The notes beneath the pieces were generated by a model. It did no database searches and had not been told where the DNA came from. It saw only the letters and a list, made by a program, of their open reading frames with translations. 64,000 nucleotides of DNA from an uncultured Verrucomicrobiae bacterium (lineage in GTDB: Bacteria; Verrucomicrobiota; Verrucomicrobiia; Opitutales; JABDGR01), in assembly GCA_963765205.1 (NCBI GenBank), contig CAVXVB010000008.1:224001-288000 (forward strand), read 5' to 3'. How positions within the stretch are numbered: position 1 is the first letter of the stretch; each line of letters starts with the position of its first letter. Shown piece after piece: positions 1-10,583 of the stretch. A program made the translations under genes and the position numbers.

Positions 1-542
1 GTCCATTGCCCATGCAGGTAGCAATAATCAAAGTAGGTGACGGGCGGGTCCGGCGCTCGCCCGCCCAAACCCCCAAATTTTAGCGTAAACGGCACTCCGT
101 CCACGATCTGGACAAAGCTCGGCGTGATCCACGGCGGATTAAACGGTTCGCCAGGTTTGGCCTCGAACATGAGCAGGCACAGCACGCGGCTTTTTAGTCC
201 CAAGCTGGTCTTGTCAGTCAAAACCCACTGCCGTAGTTGCGCCTCGCCGAGTTCTGCCGGCAGAGTTTGCAACGCGATGGCCGCCGCCAAATAGTCCGCG
301 CAGCGGTAACCGCGCTCCGGCTCCTTGCAGGCGGCAAACAAGCCGTCGGGGAGGAGCTTCTGGTCGGAAATATCCGGCTGGGGCGGCGTGAGATTGGCCC
401 TGGACGTTGGGGCGGGTGCTGGCGGACGCACGATGGTGAAGGACAAGGGGGCCCCCGCAGCGTCTCTTAACGCAGCGCCCGCCGCCAAGGCGGCCAGCGC
501 GACCAAACACACATTCCACTTGCTCATAAATGGGGTATTCAT
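1..542 (-). CDS. Hypothetical exported protein, running off the left edge
   Basis: Manual translation from ATG at 542 (MNTPFMSKWNVCLVALAALAAGAALRDAAGAPLSF...) stays open to position 1 and has a signal-peptide-like N-terminus. Not in the ORF track, presumably because it lacks a stop in the window. Confidence 0.55.
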   Translation of the reverse strand, partial: MNTPFMSKWNVCLVALAALAAGAALRDAAGAPLSFTIVRPPAPAPTSRANLTPPQPDISDQKLLPDGLFAACKEPERGYRCADYLAAAIALQTLPAELGEAQLRQWVLTDKTSLGLKSRVLCLLMFEAKPGEPFNPPWITPSFVQIVDGVPFTLKFGGLGGRAPDPPVTYFDYCYLHGQW

Positions 543-605
543 GATGAGTCAGACGCGGCTCGCCGTCGTTTATTAGAAGAAAAAATGGACCGGGGGGAGA
601 GGTGG

Positions 606-1292
606 CTATTTCGCCCGCTTTCGCCCGCCGCTCGCATGTTCGACGAGCAAATGGCGCGCGGCGTTGCTGCCAAGCGGAACTTCGCGCCCGTCGCCAAGGG
701 TGACGATGAGCAAGTCCGCCACCGGGTCGCGCCGCACCAATTTTACGCGCCGGCCGGGTTTCAACCCGGCGTCGTCGAGGAAGCGCAAGAACTCACTGTC
801 CTGCCGGGTGATGCGTGCGAGAGTCGCGCTGGCGCCGGCGGGCAAATCCGCCAGGGGCCGCGCGGCGCGCGAGGGCATGTGCCCGGCCGCCGAGGGGATG
901 GGGTCGCCGTGCGGGTCCACGCGCGGATGGCCGAGAAAGGCGTCGAGCCGCTCGACCAGGCGGTCGGAGAGCGCGTGCTCCAATAACTCGGCCTCCTCGT
1001 GGATTTCCGACCAGTCGAGCTTGAGCGTGTGCACCAGAAACATTTCGATGAGGCGGTGCTTGCGGAGCATTTGCAGGGCGAGGCGCTCGCCCGCGGGCGT
1101 CAGCCGCGCGCCCACGCGGGGAGTGTGGCGCACAAGGCCGGCCTTGGCCAGCGCCTTGACCATCGTCGTCGCCGTGCCGGGGACGACGCGCATCGCGCGC
1201 GCCAAATCACCCATGAGCACGGGCGCGCCCGGCTGCTCCGCCCCGAGCAGGTAGAGCTGCTTGATGTAATTTTCAACCGTGCTGGTGGCCAT
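606..1292 (-). CDS. mntR: DtxR/MntR-family metal-dependent transcriptional regulator with C-terminal FeoA-like domain
   Basis: Motifs STVENYIKQLY, RKHRLIEMFL, IHEEAELLEH, GHPRVDPHGDPIP; divergent from an Nramp gene. Confidence 0.9.
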   Translation of the reverse strand: MATSTVENYIKQLYLLGAEQPGAPVLMGDLARAMRVVPGTATTMVKALAKAGLVRHTPRVGARLTPAGERLALQMLRKHRLIEMFLVHTLKLDWSEIHEEAELLEHALSDRLVERLDAFLGHPRVDPHGDPIPSAAGHMPSRAARPLADLPAGASATLARITRQDSEFLRFLDDAGLKPGRRVKLVRRDPVADLLIVTLGDGREVPLGSNAARHLLVEHASGGRKRAK

Positions 1293-1361
1293 GGGCAAAA
1301 GGGGCGGGCGCGCCCCATTGGGAGGATTCCCCCCGGAAAAGGCGACCCTAAAATTTTGCGG

Positions 1362-1389
1362 TTGACATTTTGAATGCTCAAATTATAAA
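1362..1389 (+). promoter_or_regulatory. Sigma70-type promoter of mntH with an overlapping palindrome (candidate MntR operator)
   Basis: TTGACA (1362-1367), N16, TATAAA (1384-1389); inverted repeat TTTGA-ATGC-TCAAA (1369-1382) in the spacer. Confidence 0.6.
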
Positions 1390-1421
1390 AGTGGTCTGTT
1401 CAAAATTGGAACACCATCCAG

Positions 1422-2855
1422 ATGAAAGAAGAAGCCACCCTCCAGGCCGAGCCGCCGGCACAGAAACGGGCCGGGCCGCAAGGCGCAGTCTCGCTGGAAG
1501 GGCTGCACAGCTCCGTCCGGCTGCCCGATTTTACCGCCAAGCCCTGGCGGCAATATCTGGCCTTTTTTGGGCCGGCCTTGCTGATTAGCGTGGGTTACAT
1601 GGATCCGGGCAACTGGGCCACTGACCTACAGGCCGGGGCGCAGTTTAAGTATCAATTGCTATGGATTGTGGGCGTTTCCAGCCTGATGGCGATTTTTTTG
1701 CAGGTCGTTTCCGCCCGGCTGGGCCTGGCGACGGGGAAGGACCTCGCCCAATGCTGCCGGGACTTCCTCCCGAAATGGACGCGCTGGCCGAATTACCTGA
1801 GTTGCGAAATCGCCATCATGGCCTGCGACCTGGCCGAAATTTTGGGCAGCGCGGTGGCCATCCACCTGTTGTTCCCGCGCATCACCCTCTTGTTCGCGGT
1901 CTGCATCACGGGATTTGACGTGCTGCTGTTGTTGACGTTGCAACGCTTCGGCATGAGGATGATTGAGGCGGTCGTCTTGGTGCTCGTGGCCACGATTGCG
2001 GGCTGTTACTTCATCGAGATTTTTGTCTTTCCCGCGACCGCGCCTGGCTTCCTGGAAATGGGCGGGGGATTATTTGCCCCCGACCTGCCGGCCTTTTTCC
2101 GCAGCCACGACCTGGTTTATATCGCGATTGGCATTATCGGGGCCACGGTCATGCCGCATAATTTGTATTTGCACTCGGCGCTGGTCCAATCGCGGCAGTT
2201 GCGCAACGACGAGCCCTCGATGCGCCAGGCCGTTCGTTATAACACGATTGACACCACCGTGGCCCTGACCGTGGCGTTTTTCGTCAACGCGGCCATCCTG
2301 GTGCTGGCCGCCGTGGTGTTTTACGGCCACGACAAGGTGACTTTGGCGGGGGGCCAAGTCGTCACGTTTGACGCGGATGCCGACTGGATCCAGGTCGCGT
2401 ATCTGACGCTGGCGCCGCTTTTGGGCACGGCGGCGGCGAGCCTCCTTTTTGCCGTGGCGCTGCTGGCCAGCGGCCAGAGCAGCACGATCACCGGCACCCT
2501 GGCCGGCCAGGTGGTGATGGAGGGGTTCATGCACTGGAAAATCAAGCCTTGGGTGCGCCGCCTGATTACCCGGCTCTGCGCCATCGTCCCCACGGTCATT
2601 TTTATCGCCATCCGCGGCGACAACAGTGTGAACGACCTGCTTACCCTCAGCCAGGTCGTGCTCGCCATCCAGCTGCCCCTGGCGATGTTCCCGCTGATGT
2701 GCTTCGCTTCCTCGAAACGTCGCATGGGCGCGCATCGCATCGGCGGGTTCCTGATCACCACCGGCTGGGTCTCGTGCGTCCTGATTACCGCGCTCGACCT
2801 TTACGGATTGCCTGACGCCTGGCATCAAGCCATGGCGGTATTTTCCGGCCATTAA
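1422..2855 (+). CDS. mntH: Nramp-family divalent metal (Mn2+) transporter
   Basis: Signature motifs GYMDPGNW, GATVMPHNLYLHS and SSTITGTLAGQVVMEGF. Confidence 0.95.
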   Translation: MKEEATLQAEPPAQKRAGPQGAVSLEGLHSSVRLPDFTAKPWRQYLAFFGPALLISVGYMDPGNWATDLQAGAQFKYQLLWIVGVSSLMAIFLQVVSARLGLATGKDLAQCCRDFLPKWTRWPNYLSCEIAIMACDLAEILGSAVAIHLLFPRITLLFAVCITGFDVLLLLTLQRFGMRMIEAVVLVLVATIAGCYFIEIFVFPATAPGFLEMGGGLFAPDLPAFFRSHDLVYIAIGIIGATVMPHNLYLHSALVQSRQLRNDEPSMRQAVRYNTIDTTVALTVAFFVNAAILVLAAVVFYGHDKVTLAGGQVVTFDADADWIQVAYLTLAPLLGTAAASLLFAVALLASGQSSTITGTLAGQVVMEGFMHWKIKPWVRRLITRLCAIVPTVIFIAIRGDNSVNDLLTLSQVVLAIQLPLAMFPLMCFASSKRRMGAHRIGGFLITTGWVSCVLITALDLYGLPDAWHQAMAVFSGH

Positions 2856-2921
2856 ATTTAATCCAGCAGACCGGCGTTTTTTGTTCTAGTCTCTCCCGGC
2901 CGTTTGCGATTAACTTGGCCC

Positions 2922-3909
2922 ATGAGTCTGCGCGCCCGCAAGCCCGTCATTTTGGTCTTCGTCGCGGGCGCGCTCGCGCTCGGGGCCGTCATGGCCTATT
3001 TTTTTGGCGGGCGCGAAGATTTTTCCCGCCATGAGTCGTTTTTGCTCTATTTCGACGGCTCCGTGAACGGACTCGGCCCCCATTCGCTCGTGCGTTTCAA
3101 AGGCGTGCCCATCGGCACCGTGGAGTCGGTGCGGCTGCACTTGCGCCCGACGGACGGCGACCGGCGGGTGCCCGTCATCATCCAATTAAACGTGAACCGC
3201 CTCCAGCACCAACTCGGCGTGCTCGAAGATTTGTCCGACCCGGCGGTGCTGGCGAGCCAAGTGCGCCACGGCCTACGGGCGCAATTGCAGACCGACAAAT
3301 TTACCACCGGCAGCATGTTTGTGGAGCTGGAGTATTTCCCCAAAGAGCCACCGCCGGCCACCACCGCGCCGACCGGCGATTGGCTGGAGATTCCCACGAT
3401 TCCCTCCCACGCGGTGGCCGGTTTGCGAAAAATCCAGGACATCGCACTCTGGCTGCCCACCTATGATTTCCGCGTCAAATTGGGCCAGGTCAGTGATTAC
3501 CTCGATTCGCTCAACAACCGCGTGTCCGTCATTCCGTTCGCCGAAATATCACCAGAAGCTCGTGGACACGCTCGCGCCGGTGGCCAATTTCAACCTCGGA
3601 CCCGAGCAGCGCAATCTCACCAACTTCCTCGCGCGCCTCAATAATTTTCACGACCGCGTCGCCTTCACCAACGACCAGTTTGCGGCCACCGCGCAAAACT
3701 TCGTCACCCTGAATCACGAGGCCCGCGCCGACCTCGCGCAAGCCAACGACGCCCTGGCCCAGGCGCGCGGCGTCCTCAGCCCGAACGCCCCCTGGCTCAC
3801 CCATCTGACCCATAACCTCCAATCGCTGTCTTCCGACATGGGCAACCTCACGGCTAAACTCAACGCCACCGAGCAGCAGCCGGATGTGCTGGCGAAAATC
3901 CCGAAATAG
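2922..3909 (+). pseudogene. MlaD/MCE (PqiB-like) protein split by a +1 frameshift at ~3544-3546 (real lesion or sequencing error)
   Basis: N-terminal TM then FDGSVNGL..S.VRFKGVPIGTV and GLRAQL. Removing one A from gcc gaa a tat cac joins IPFAE to YHQKLVDT and a helical C-terminus ending at 3909. Confidence 0.7.
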
Positions 3910-3997
3910 TCCCTCGCGGGCGGCGTTTTCGGTTGACAGGCGGCCTGCGGCCCGGTTTTATCTCCCTTTTTCCGCCATCATTCCGGCCCTTCCCACT

Positions 3998-4123
3998 ATG
4001 AAAGTCGCCAGTTCCATCAAGTCCCTCAAATCGCGCCACCCCGGCTGCCAGGTCGTGCGCCGCAAGGGCCGCATTTACGTCATTAACAAGACGAACCCGC
4101 GCTTCAAGGCCCGCCAGGGCTGA
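3998..4123 (+). CDS. rpmJ: 50S ribosomal protein L36, type B (zinc-ribbon-less)
   Basis: [41 protein letters not shown]. Confidence 0.95.
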   Translation: MKVASSIKSLKSRHPGCQVVRRKGRIYVINKTNPRFKARQG

Positions 4124-4191
4124 ACCTTTGCGCACCCCGGTGCCCACCGGCGGCTGCGTTCTCATTGTTCCCACCTTTTCCCACTCCCGTC

Positions 4192-4440
4192 GTGAAAAAA
4201 GAAGGCCATCCCGAATACCACCCGGTCTGCTTTGTGGACGTGTCCACCGGCCGCAAGTTTTTGACCCGCTCGACCATGCGCTCCAAGCAAAAGGAGAACA
4301 TCGAGGGCGTCGAGTATTTCGTCGTCGTGCGCGACGTGACGAGCGACTCCCACCCGGCCTACACGGGCGAAAAGCGCTTTGTGGACAGCGCCGGCCGCGT
4401 CGAGAAATTCAAGACCAAGTTCCAGCGCTTGCGGAAGTAA
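4192..4440 (+). CDS. rpmE2: 50S ribosomal protein L31, type B
   Basis: GTG start; MKKEGHPEYHPVCFVD...DVTSDSHPAYTG...DSAGRVEKF. Confidence 0.93.
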   Translation: MKKEGHPEYHPVCFVDVSTGRKFLTRSTMRSKQKENIEGVEYFVVVRDVTSDSHPAYTGEKRFVDSAGRVEKFKTKFQRLRK

Positions 4441-4481
4441 AGCGATTGCCTGGACGACGTGAAGCTGGTCGCGCATTCGAT

Positions 4482-4724
4482 CTTACAGGTGAAAGGCTAC
4501 AGGTATTCATGCGCGCAATCCACCCAGCGGATGCGGGCAAAGCCTTGGGCCAAGTCCCCGCAACGCCGAAAGGCCCGCAGACTGGCCGACACAACCGGGC
4601 GCAATGGCCTGATTGCTTCTTCATAACGCGTGGGATAATTGGCCAAAAAATTGTTGAGACAGGCGTGCAGGCCTTGCCCCCAAGGCGAAGCCCGCGGTCG
4701 TCTGGCGCCATAACGGATGCCCAT
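4482..4724 (-). mobile_element. Relic of an IS91-family (Y2) transposase N-terminal zinc-binding domain
   Basis: Reads YGARRPRAS...LRAFRRCGDLAQGFARIRWVDCAHEYL*PFTCK, resembling the CG.L..GFAR.RC..C..E.L..FSCK motif; TAG at 4497-4499. Confidence 0.7.
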
Positions 4725-4886
4725 TACATAAGTGAATAAAAGAGCATATATTGAATCAAGCTGGAGTTGTTCACCATGGGCCATCGGTGTAGTGTGTGCC
4801 ATGGCTACAATGGAAGGTGCGGCTTGGCCCTTGGCAGTGGGGCGAACGCGCTGGAGTTCTGCGGCTCTTTCCGTTTAAAAGGCTCC

Positions 4887-6626
4887 ATGCCTTCGCCCGC
4901 CCCAGCCTCCGCACTCGCGCCAACCGCCGCACCTCGCCGCCCATGGTCGTGGCGCCGCCTTGTGCCGGGCACCATCCTCGTGCTCGCGGCGTTTTTAATT
5001 TACTTCCCCGCCCTGCACGGTGACTGGCTGTGGGACGACAACTTCCTCGTCCGCTTCAATCCCCTCATGGCCGAGGCCGGCGGCTGGTGGAAATTCTGGT
5101 TCGCCCCGCCGGGGCCGGAGTATCTGCCGCTCAGTTCCACCCTCGAATGGGCGCTCTGGCGGCTGTTCGGCGACCACACGCTGCCGTTCCATTTGGTCAG
5201 TGTCGCCCTGCACCTCGCGAGCGCGTTTCTCCTCTGGCGCTTGTTGGCCCGGCTCGGCCTGCGCCTGGCCTGGCTCGGCGCATTCCTGTTCCTCGTCCAC
5301 CCGCTCGCCGTCGAATCCGTCGCCTGGATTTCCGAATTGAAGAACACCCTCTCGCTGCCACTGCTGCTCCTTGCCCTGCTGTTTTGGCTCGATTACGACG
5401 AGCGCCCCCGGCCCGCCTATTATCTCGCCGCGCTCCTCCTGTTTCTCGCCGCGCTGCTCGCGAAGACCTCCGTGGTCATGCTGCCCTTCATTCTGCTGTT
5501 GCACGCCTGGTGGAAACACGGCCGCGTCACTCGCGAGAAATGGATTTCCATCGCGCCGTTCTTCGCCGTCGCCGCGGTGTTGGGCCTGCTCACCATTTTT
5601 TTCCAAAACCGCTGGGCCATCGGCGCGGAACCCATCCCCATCGGCGGCTGGCCCGAGCGCGCCGCCGGGGCCGGCCGGGCGCTGTGCTTTTATTTCGGAA
5701 AATTTTTCTGGCCCGTCAACCTCATGCCCGCCTATCCGCCGTGGAACTTCGATCCGCTGACGCCCGCGGAATTTCTGCCCTGGCTCGGCCTCGCCGCCAC
5801 GGGCGCGCTGCTCTGGAGGGAAAGGACTTCTGCTTGGGGCCGCGCGGCCTGTTTGGGTCTTGGATTCTTCGTCCTCAACCTCGCGCCAGTGCTCGGCTTT
5901 TTGCCGATGTCGTATATGCGCATCGCCTGGGTTGCGGACCATTTCACCTATGTCGCCATGATTGGTCTGATTGGCCTCGTGGTGGCCGGGGTGGATTTCA
6001 TCCTCGCGCGCTTGCCCAGGTTTTTGCTCCCCCCTGCCGCCGGCACCCTCGTGTTAATTACCTTTTCCCTCGCCTGGCAAAGTTGCAATTACGCGGGAAA
6101 TTTCCGCGACCAGATTGCGCTCTGGTCCTACAACCTGCGGCTCTTTCCGAACTCCTGGCTCGCCGAGCTTAACCTCGGCCTCTCCCTCACCGACGCGCAG
6201 CGCCTGCCCGAGGCCCTTGATCATTTGCACCAGGCCGTGCAACTGCACGGCGATTTTTACGGCACCCACCTCGCGCTCGCCAACGTCCTCGCGCAATTGA
6301 ATCGCCTCGACGAGGCCGCCGCGCATTACCAAATCGCCGCGCGGTTGCGCCCGGACTCGCTCGAAACCCACGTCAATTATGGCGATGTTTTGCTGCGCCA
6401 GGGCGACGTGCATGGCGCGGAGGTGCAATGCGGCCTGGCCGTGTGGTTCAATCCCGAGTCCGCCGCCGCGCATTACAACTACGCCAACGTGCTCCTACGC
6501 GAAAACCGCGTGCCGGACGCCATCCTACAATATCAACTCGCGCTCGAAATCCAGCCCGCCCTCACCCCCGCGCGCGACGCCCTGGAAAAATTGCACGCAC
6601 CCTCCTCGGCGCCCGCCGTAAAATAG
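4887..6626 (+). CDS. Multi-pass membrane glycosyltransferase with C-terminal TPRs (TMTC-like GT-C)
   Basis: WLWDD after TM1, HPLAVESVAWISELKN, AKTSVV, VADHFTY, then several TPR-like repeats. Confidence 0.8.
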   Translation: MPSPAPASALAPTAAPRRPWSWRRLVPGTILVLAAFLIYFPALHGDWLWDDNFLVRFNPLMAEAGGWWKFWFAPPGPEYLPLSSTLEWALWRLFGDHTLPFHLVSVALHLASAFLLWRLLARLGLRLAWLGAFLFLVHPLAVESVAWISELKNTLSLPLLLLALLFWLDYDERPRPAYYLAALLLFLAALLAKTSVVMLPFILLLHAWWKHGRVTREKWISIAPFFAVAAVLGLLTIFFQNRWAIGAEPIPIGGWPERAAGAGRALCFYFGKFFWPVNLMPAYPPWNFDPLTPAEFLPWLGLAATGALLWRERTSAWGRAACLGLGFFVLNLAPVLGFLPMSYMRIAWVADHFTYVAMIGLIGLVVAGVDFILARLPRFLLPPAAGTLVLITFSLAWQSCNYAGNFRDQIALWSYNLRLFPNSWLAELNLGLSLTDAQRLPEALDHLHQAVQLHGDFYGTHLALANVLAQLNRLDEAAAHYQIAARLRPDSLETHVNYGDVLLRQGDVHGAEVQCGLAVWFNPESAAAHYNYANVLLRENRVPDAILQYQLALEIQPALTPARDALEKLHAPSSAPAVK

Positions 6627-6641
6627 CAAACGCGGCCCGGC

Positions 6642-9600
6642 CTAATCTTCCAAACACGGCGCGAGCCACTTTTGCGCCGCGGCTGCGCTCCACTTTTTGC
6701 GCGCGGCATAATCGTCGAGCTGGTCGCGGCCAATCGGCCCCACATGAAAATATTTTGCCTGCGGGTACGCGAAATACAGCCCCGCCACCGTACTCGCCGG
6801 CCACATCGCGAAGTTTTCCGTCAGCCGTGCGCCGGTCACTCTCTCCGCGTCGAGCAGCCGCCACAGTTCGCTCTTCTCGGTGTGGTCGGGAATCGAGGGA
6901 TAGCCGATGGCCGGGCGGATGCCGCGGTATTTTTCGTCAATGAGTTCCTCGGTGGTCAAGTTTTCCTGCCGGTCGTAACCCCACCATTCCCGGCGCACCT
7001 TTTTATGCAAGTATTCCGCGAACGCCTCGACGCAGCGGTCGCCCAGCGCTTTGATCAGGATGCCGGTGAAATCATCGCGGTTCTGCTCGAACTCCTTCGC
7101 CCAGACCTCCACCTCCGACCCGGCCGTGCAGACAAACCCGCCGACCCAATCCGGCACGCCGAACTCCTTGGGCGCGACGAAATCCGCCAGGCATTGGTAA
7201 GGCCGGTCGCCGTCCTTTTCCTTCTGCTGGCGCAGGAAATGAAAGGTGTCCAGCACGCGGTTCCTACTTTCATCGGTGTAAATCTCGATGTCGTCCCCCA
7301 CACGGTTCGCGGGCCAGATGCCGACCGCACCGCGCGGCCGGAACCGTTTTTCCTTGATCACGCGCGCCAGCATTTTGGCCGCCTCGTCGTGCAACTTGCG
7401 CGCCTCAGCTCCGTATTTTTCGCTCTCAAAAATTTTCGGGTAAACCCCGCGCAAGCCCCACGAATGGAAAAACGGCGACCAGTCCAGGTTCGCGAAAATA
7501 TCCGCCAGTGGCTCCTTGTCGAGCACGCGCACGCCGGGCGCAGCGGGGCAGGCCGGCGGTTCTTTGACCCAGTCGAAGTGGTGGCCGCGCGCCCGCGCCT
7601 CCGCCAGGGGCAGCAATTTGACGGCCTCGCGCCCGGCGGCGTGGCGCACGCGCAGCTTTTCATATTTCGCGGCCGTTTCCGCCGCGAACCCGTGGCGCAT
7701 TTCCGGCGAGAGCAGCTTCGCGCACACGCCCACCACGCGCGAGGCGTCAATCACATGGATCACCGGCCCGGAATAATGCGGCGCAATCTTGAGCGCCGTG
7801 TGCGCCTCGCTGGTGGTCGCCCCGCCGATGAGCAGCGGCGCCCGCCAACCAAGGCGCTCCATTTCCGCCGCGTTGTGCGCCATTTCTTCGAGCGAGGGCG
7901 TGATGAGGCCCGACAACCCGATGATGTCGGCCTGTTTCTCCCGCGCGGTGGCGAGGATTTTTTCGCACGGCACCATCACCCCGAGGTCAATCACCTCATA
8001 GTTGTTACAGGCCAGCACCACGCCGACAATATTCTTGCCGATGTCATGCACGTCCCCCTTGACCGTGGCGAGGACGATGACGCCCTGCTTACGCGCGGCC
8101 GGGTTGGCCGCCCGCTCCGCCTCCATGAACGGCGTCAAGTGCGCGACCGCCTTCTTCATCACCCGCGCGCTCTTCACCACCTGCGGCAGAAACATCTTCC
8201 CTGCCCCGAACAGGTCACCGACGATTTTCATCCCATCCATCAGTGGCCCTTCGATGACCAGCAGCGGGCGGCCCAGTTGCAGGCGCGCCTCCTCGGTGTC
8301 CTCGTCAATAAAATCGGTGATGCCCTTGACCAGCGCGTGCGCCAGCCGTTTGCCCACCGGCAGTTGGCGCCACGTCGCGCTCTCCGGTTCCACCGCGGGG
8401 CCGCCCGCCGCCGCCGCCTGGTGCGCCTTGATCTCGTCCGCATAAGCGACGAGCCGCTCAGTCGCGTCGGCGCGCCGGTTGAGCAACACGTCCTCGACGA
8501 GTTCCTTCAGCCGAGGCTCGATCTCGTCATACACTGCGATCATGCCGGCGTTGACAATGGCCATGTCCAGCCCCGCGCGAATCGCGTGATACAGAAAGCA
8601 ACTGTGCATCGCCTCGCGCACCGTGTTGTTGCCGCGGAACGAAAACGAGACATTGCTCACGCCGCCGGAGATGCGCGCGCCTGGGCACGCCGCCTTGATT
8701 TCGGGGATCGCCTCGAAGAAATCCAGCGCGTAGCGGTTGTGCTCCTCAATGCCCGTCGCGACGGTCAGGATGTTCGGGTCGAACACGATGTCGCCCGGCG
8801 GGAAATCGAGCTGCTCCGTCAGCAACTTATACGCGCGCGTGCAAATGCGGACTTTTTCGGATTTGCTGGCCGCCTGCCCCTGCTCGTCGAAGGCCATGAC
8901 GATGGCGGCTGCGCCGTAGCGGCGCACTTCGCGCGCCTGGCGCAGGAATTTTTCCTCGCCCTCCTTGAGCGAAATCGAATTGACGACGCTTTTGCCCTGC
9001 GTGCATTTTAACCCCGCCTCAATCACGCTCCACTTCGAGCTGTCAATCATCAGCGGCACCCGCGCGATGTCCGGCTCGCTGCCGATGAGATTGAGGAAGC
9101 GCGTCATGCACGCCTCGCCGTCGAGCAGCGCCTCGTCGAAATTCACGTCGAGGATGTTCGCGCCGTTCTCGACTTGCTGGCGCGCGACGGCCAGCGCGGC
9201 GTCGAAGTCGCCCGCCTTGATCAGCTTCTTGAACTGCGGCGAACCGGTGATGTTCGTGCGCTCGCCGACGATCAAAAACGGCGCATCCGGCCCGGCGTGG
9301 GTCAGCGGCTCGAGACCGCTCAGGCGCAGGCCCGCGGGCGGGGGCGCGGGGCGGCGCGGCGGATATTTTTCCAGCCGCGCGCGAATGGCGCGAATGTGCG
9401 CGGGCGTCGTGCCACAGCAGCCGCCGACGATGTTCACCAGCCCCGCGCGCGCGAACTCCTCCAAAAACCCCGCCGTGTCCTCCGGCCCTTCGGGAAAGCC
9501 CGTTTCGCTGAGCGCGTCGGGCAGGCCCGCATTCGGGTAGCAGCTCACGTAGCAATCGGCCAGGTGCGACAATTCCTCGATATAGGGCCGCATCAGCGCC

Positions 9601-10394
9601 GCGCCCAGCGCGCAATTGAACCCCACCGACAATGGCCGCGCGTGCGCGACGGAATTCCAGAACGCCTCCGTGGTCTGCCCCGAGAGCGTGCGCCCCGAGG
9701 CGTCGGTGATGGTGCCGGAAACCAGCACCGGCAGCCGCCGCCCCGCGCGCTCGAAATACAAATCTATCGCATACAGGCAGGCCTTCACGTTCAACGTGTC
9801 GAAAATCGTCTCCGGCAGCAGCACGTCCACGCCGCCTTCGACCAGCGCGGCGACTTGCTCGTAATACGCGTCACGCACCTGGTCAAACGTCACGTCGCGC
9901 TTGCCCGGGTCGTTCACGTCGCGCGAGAGGGACAGCGTGCGGTTGAGCGGCCCCAGCGCGCCGGCGACGAAACACTTTCGCCCCGGCGTGGCGCGCTCGG
10001 CCTCGTCGGCGGCCTGGCGCGCAAGCCGCACGGCGGCGAGGTTTAATTCGCGCACCAGCGGTTCGAGCTGGAAGTCCGCCTGCGAAATCGTGGTCGCGTT
10101 AAACGTGTTGGTTTCCACCAGATCCGCACCCGCGGCGAAATACTGGCGGTGCACGTCGAGCACCAGTTCGGGCCGCGTCAGCACCAGCAAATCGTTGTTG
10201 TTCTTCAAGTCCGTCGGATGGTCCTTGAACCGCGCGCCGCGGTAATCCGCCTCCGCCAGTCGGTGCCGTTGCAGCATGGTGCCCATCGCGCCATCCAGAA
10301 AAACGAGGCGTTGCGCCAGCAGCGCGCGCAACTCCTCGCCGCGGGCCGTCAAAGGTAGGCGGTGCGTCGGGGCGATGGTCGCGGCAGCAGGCAT
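6642..10394 (-). CDS. metH: Cobalamin-dependent methionine synthase
   Basis: [33 protein letters not shown] and the C-terminal activation domain (GIRPAIGYP). Confidence 0.97.
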   Translation of the reverse strand: MPAAATIAPTHRLPLTARGEELRALLAQRLVFLDGAMGTMLQRHRLAEADYRGARFKDHPTDLKNNNDLLVLTRPELVLDVHRQYFAAGADLVETNTFNATTISQADFQLEPLVRELNLAAVRLARQAADEAERATPGRKCFVAGALGPLNRTLSLSRDVNDPGKRDVTFDQVRDAYYEQVAALVEGGVDVLLPETIFDTLNVKACLYAIDLYFERAGRRLPVLVSGTITDASGRTLSGQTTEAFWNSVAHARPLSVGFNCALGAALMRPYIEELSHLADCYVSCYPNAGLPDALSETGFPEGPEDTAGFLEEFARAGLVNIVGGCCGTTPAHIRAIRARLEKYPPRRPAPPPAGLRLSGLEPLTHAGPDAPFLIVGERTNITGSPQFKKLIKAGDFDAALAVARQQVENGANILDVNFDEALLDGEACMTRFLNLIGSEPDIARVPLMIDSSKWSVIEAGLKCTQGKSVVNSISLKEGEEKFLRQAREVRRYGAAAIVMAFDEQGQAASKSEKVRICTRAYKLLTEQLDFPPGDIVFDPNILTVATGIEEHNRYALDFFEAIPEIKAACPGARISGGVSNVSFSFRGNNTVREAMHSCFLYHAIRAGLDMAIVNAGMIAVYDEIEPRLKELVEDVLLNRRADATERLVAYADEIKAHQAAAAGGPAVEPESATWRQLPVGKRLAHALVKGITDFIDEDTEEARLQLGRPLLVIEGPLMDGMKIVGDLFGAGKMFLPQVVKSARVMKKAVAHLTPFMEAERAANPAARKQGVIVLATVKGDVHDIGKNIVGVVLACNNYEVIDLGVMVPCEKILATAREKQADIIGLSGLITPSLEEMAHNAAEMERLGWRAPLLIGGATTSEAHTALKIAPHYSGPVIHVIDASRVVGVCAKLLSPEMRHGFAAETAAKYEKLRVRHAAGREAVKLLPLAEARARGHHFDWVKEPPACPAAPGVRVLDKEPLADIFANLDWSPFFHSWGLRGVYPKIFESEKYGAEARKLHDEAAKMLARVIKEKRFRPRGAVGIWPANRVGDDIEIYTDESRNRVLDTFHFLRQQKEKDGDRPYQCLADFVAPKEFGVPDWVGGFVCTAGSEVEVWAKEFEQNRDDFTGILIKALGDRCVEAFAEYLHKKVRREWWGYDRQENLTTEELIDEKYRGIRPAIGYPSIPDHTEKSELWRLLDAERVTGARLTENFAMWPASTVAGLYFAYPQAKYFHVGPIGRDQLDDYAARKKWSAAAAQKWLAPCLED

Positions 10395-10406
10395 GAAACT
10401 TAACGA

Positions 10407-10437
10407 ATCAACGTATGTTGATATGATGATATGTCAA
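10407..10437 (-). promoter_or_regulatory. metH promoter with an overlapping palindromic operator
   Basis: Minus strand TTGACA (10437-10432), N16, TACGTT; perfect inverted repeat ATCAAC-GTAT-GTTGAT (10407-10422). Confidence 0.6.
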
Positions 10438-10448
10438 GGGTGGAAAAT

Positions 10449-10574
10449 AAGGATGAAGGATGAAATCCAGAGTGGGCGGATATTCCCGTGACGACAAGCT
10501 TTGTGCTTCTTGAAACATTCATCCTCCATCCTTCATCCTTTCCCTTTCATCCTTCATCCCTCATCCTTCATCCC
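10449..10574. repeat. Inverted pair of 7-mer tandem arrays (AAGGATG / TTCATCC)
   Basis: AAGGATG x2 at 10449-10464 and about 7 TTCATCC-like units at 10518-10574. Confidence 0.8.
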
Positions 10575-10583
10575 TTTTCCCCG

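Noticed and set aside
3998..4440. Zur-regulated zinc-sparing ribosomal paralog operon
   Set aside because: No Zur-like box seen upstream; type-B L36/L31 may be the only copies in this lineage, which cannot be judged from this window.
6672..9011. Long antisense ORFs (also 20001-21623, 50535-53303, 54612-56759)
   Set aside because: Shadow frames of GC-rich genes (metH, trpB, GH2, nrdA) with no recognisable motifs; only the last 84 aa of 20001-21623 are a real antitoxin.
10395..10583. SAM or cobalamin riboswitch upstream of metH
   Set aside because: The predicted promoter sits immediately upstream of the start codon, and the rest of the gap is 7-mer repeat.
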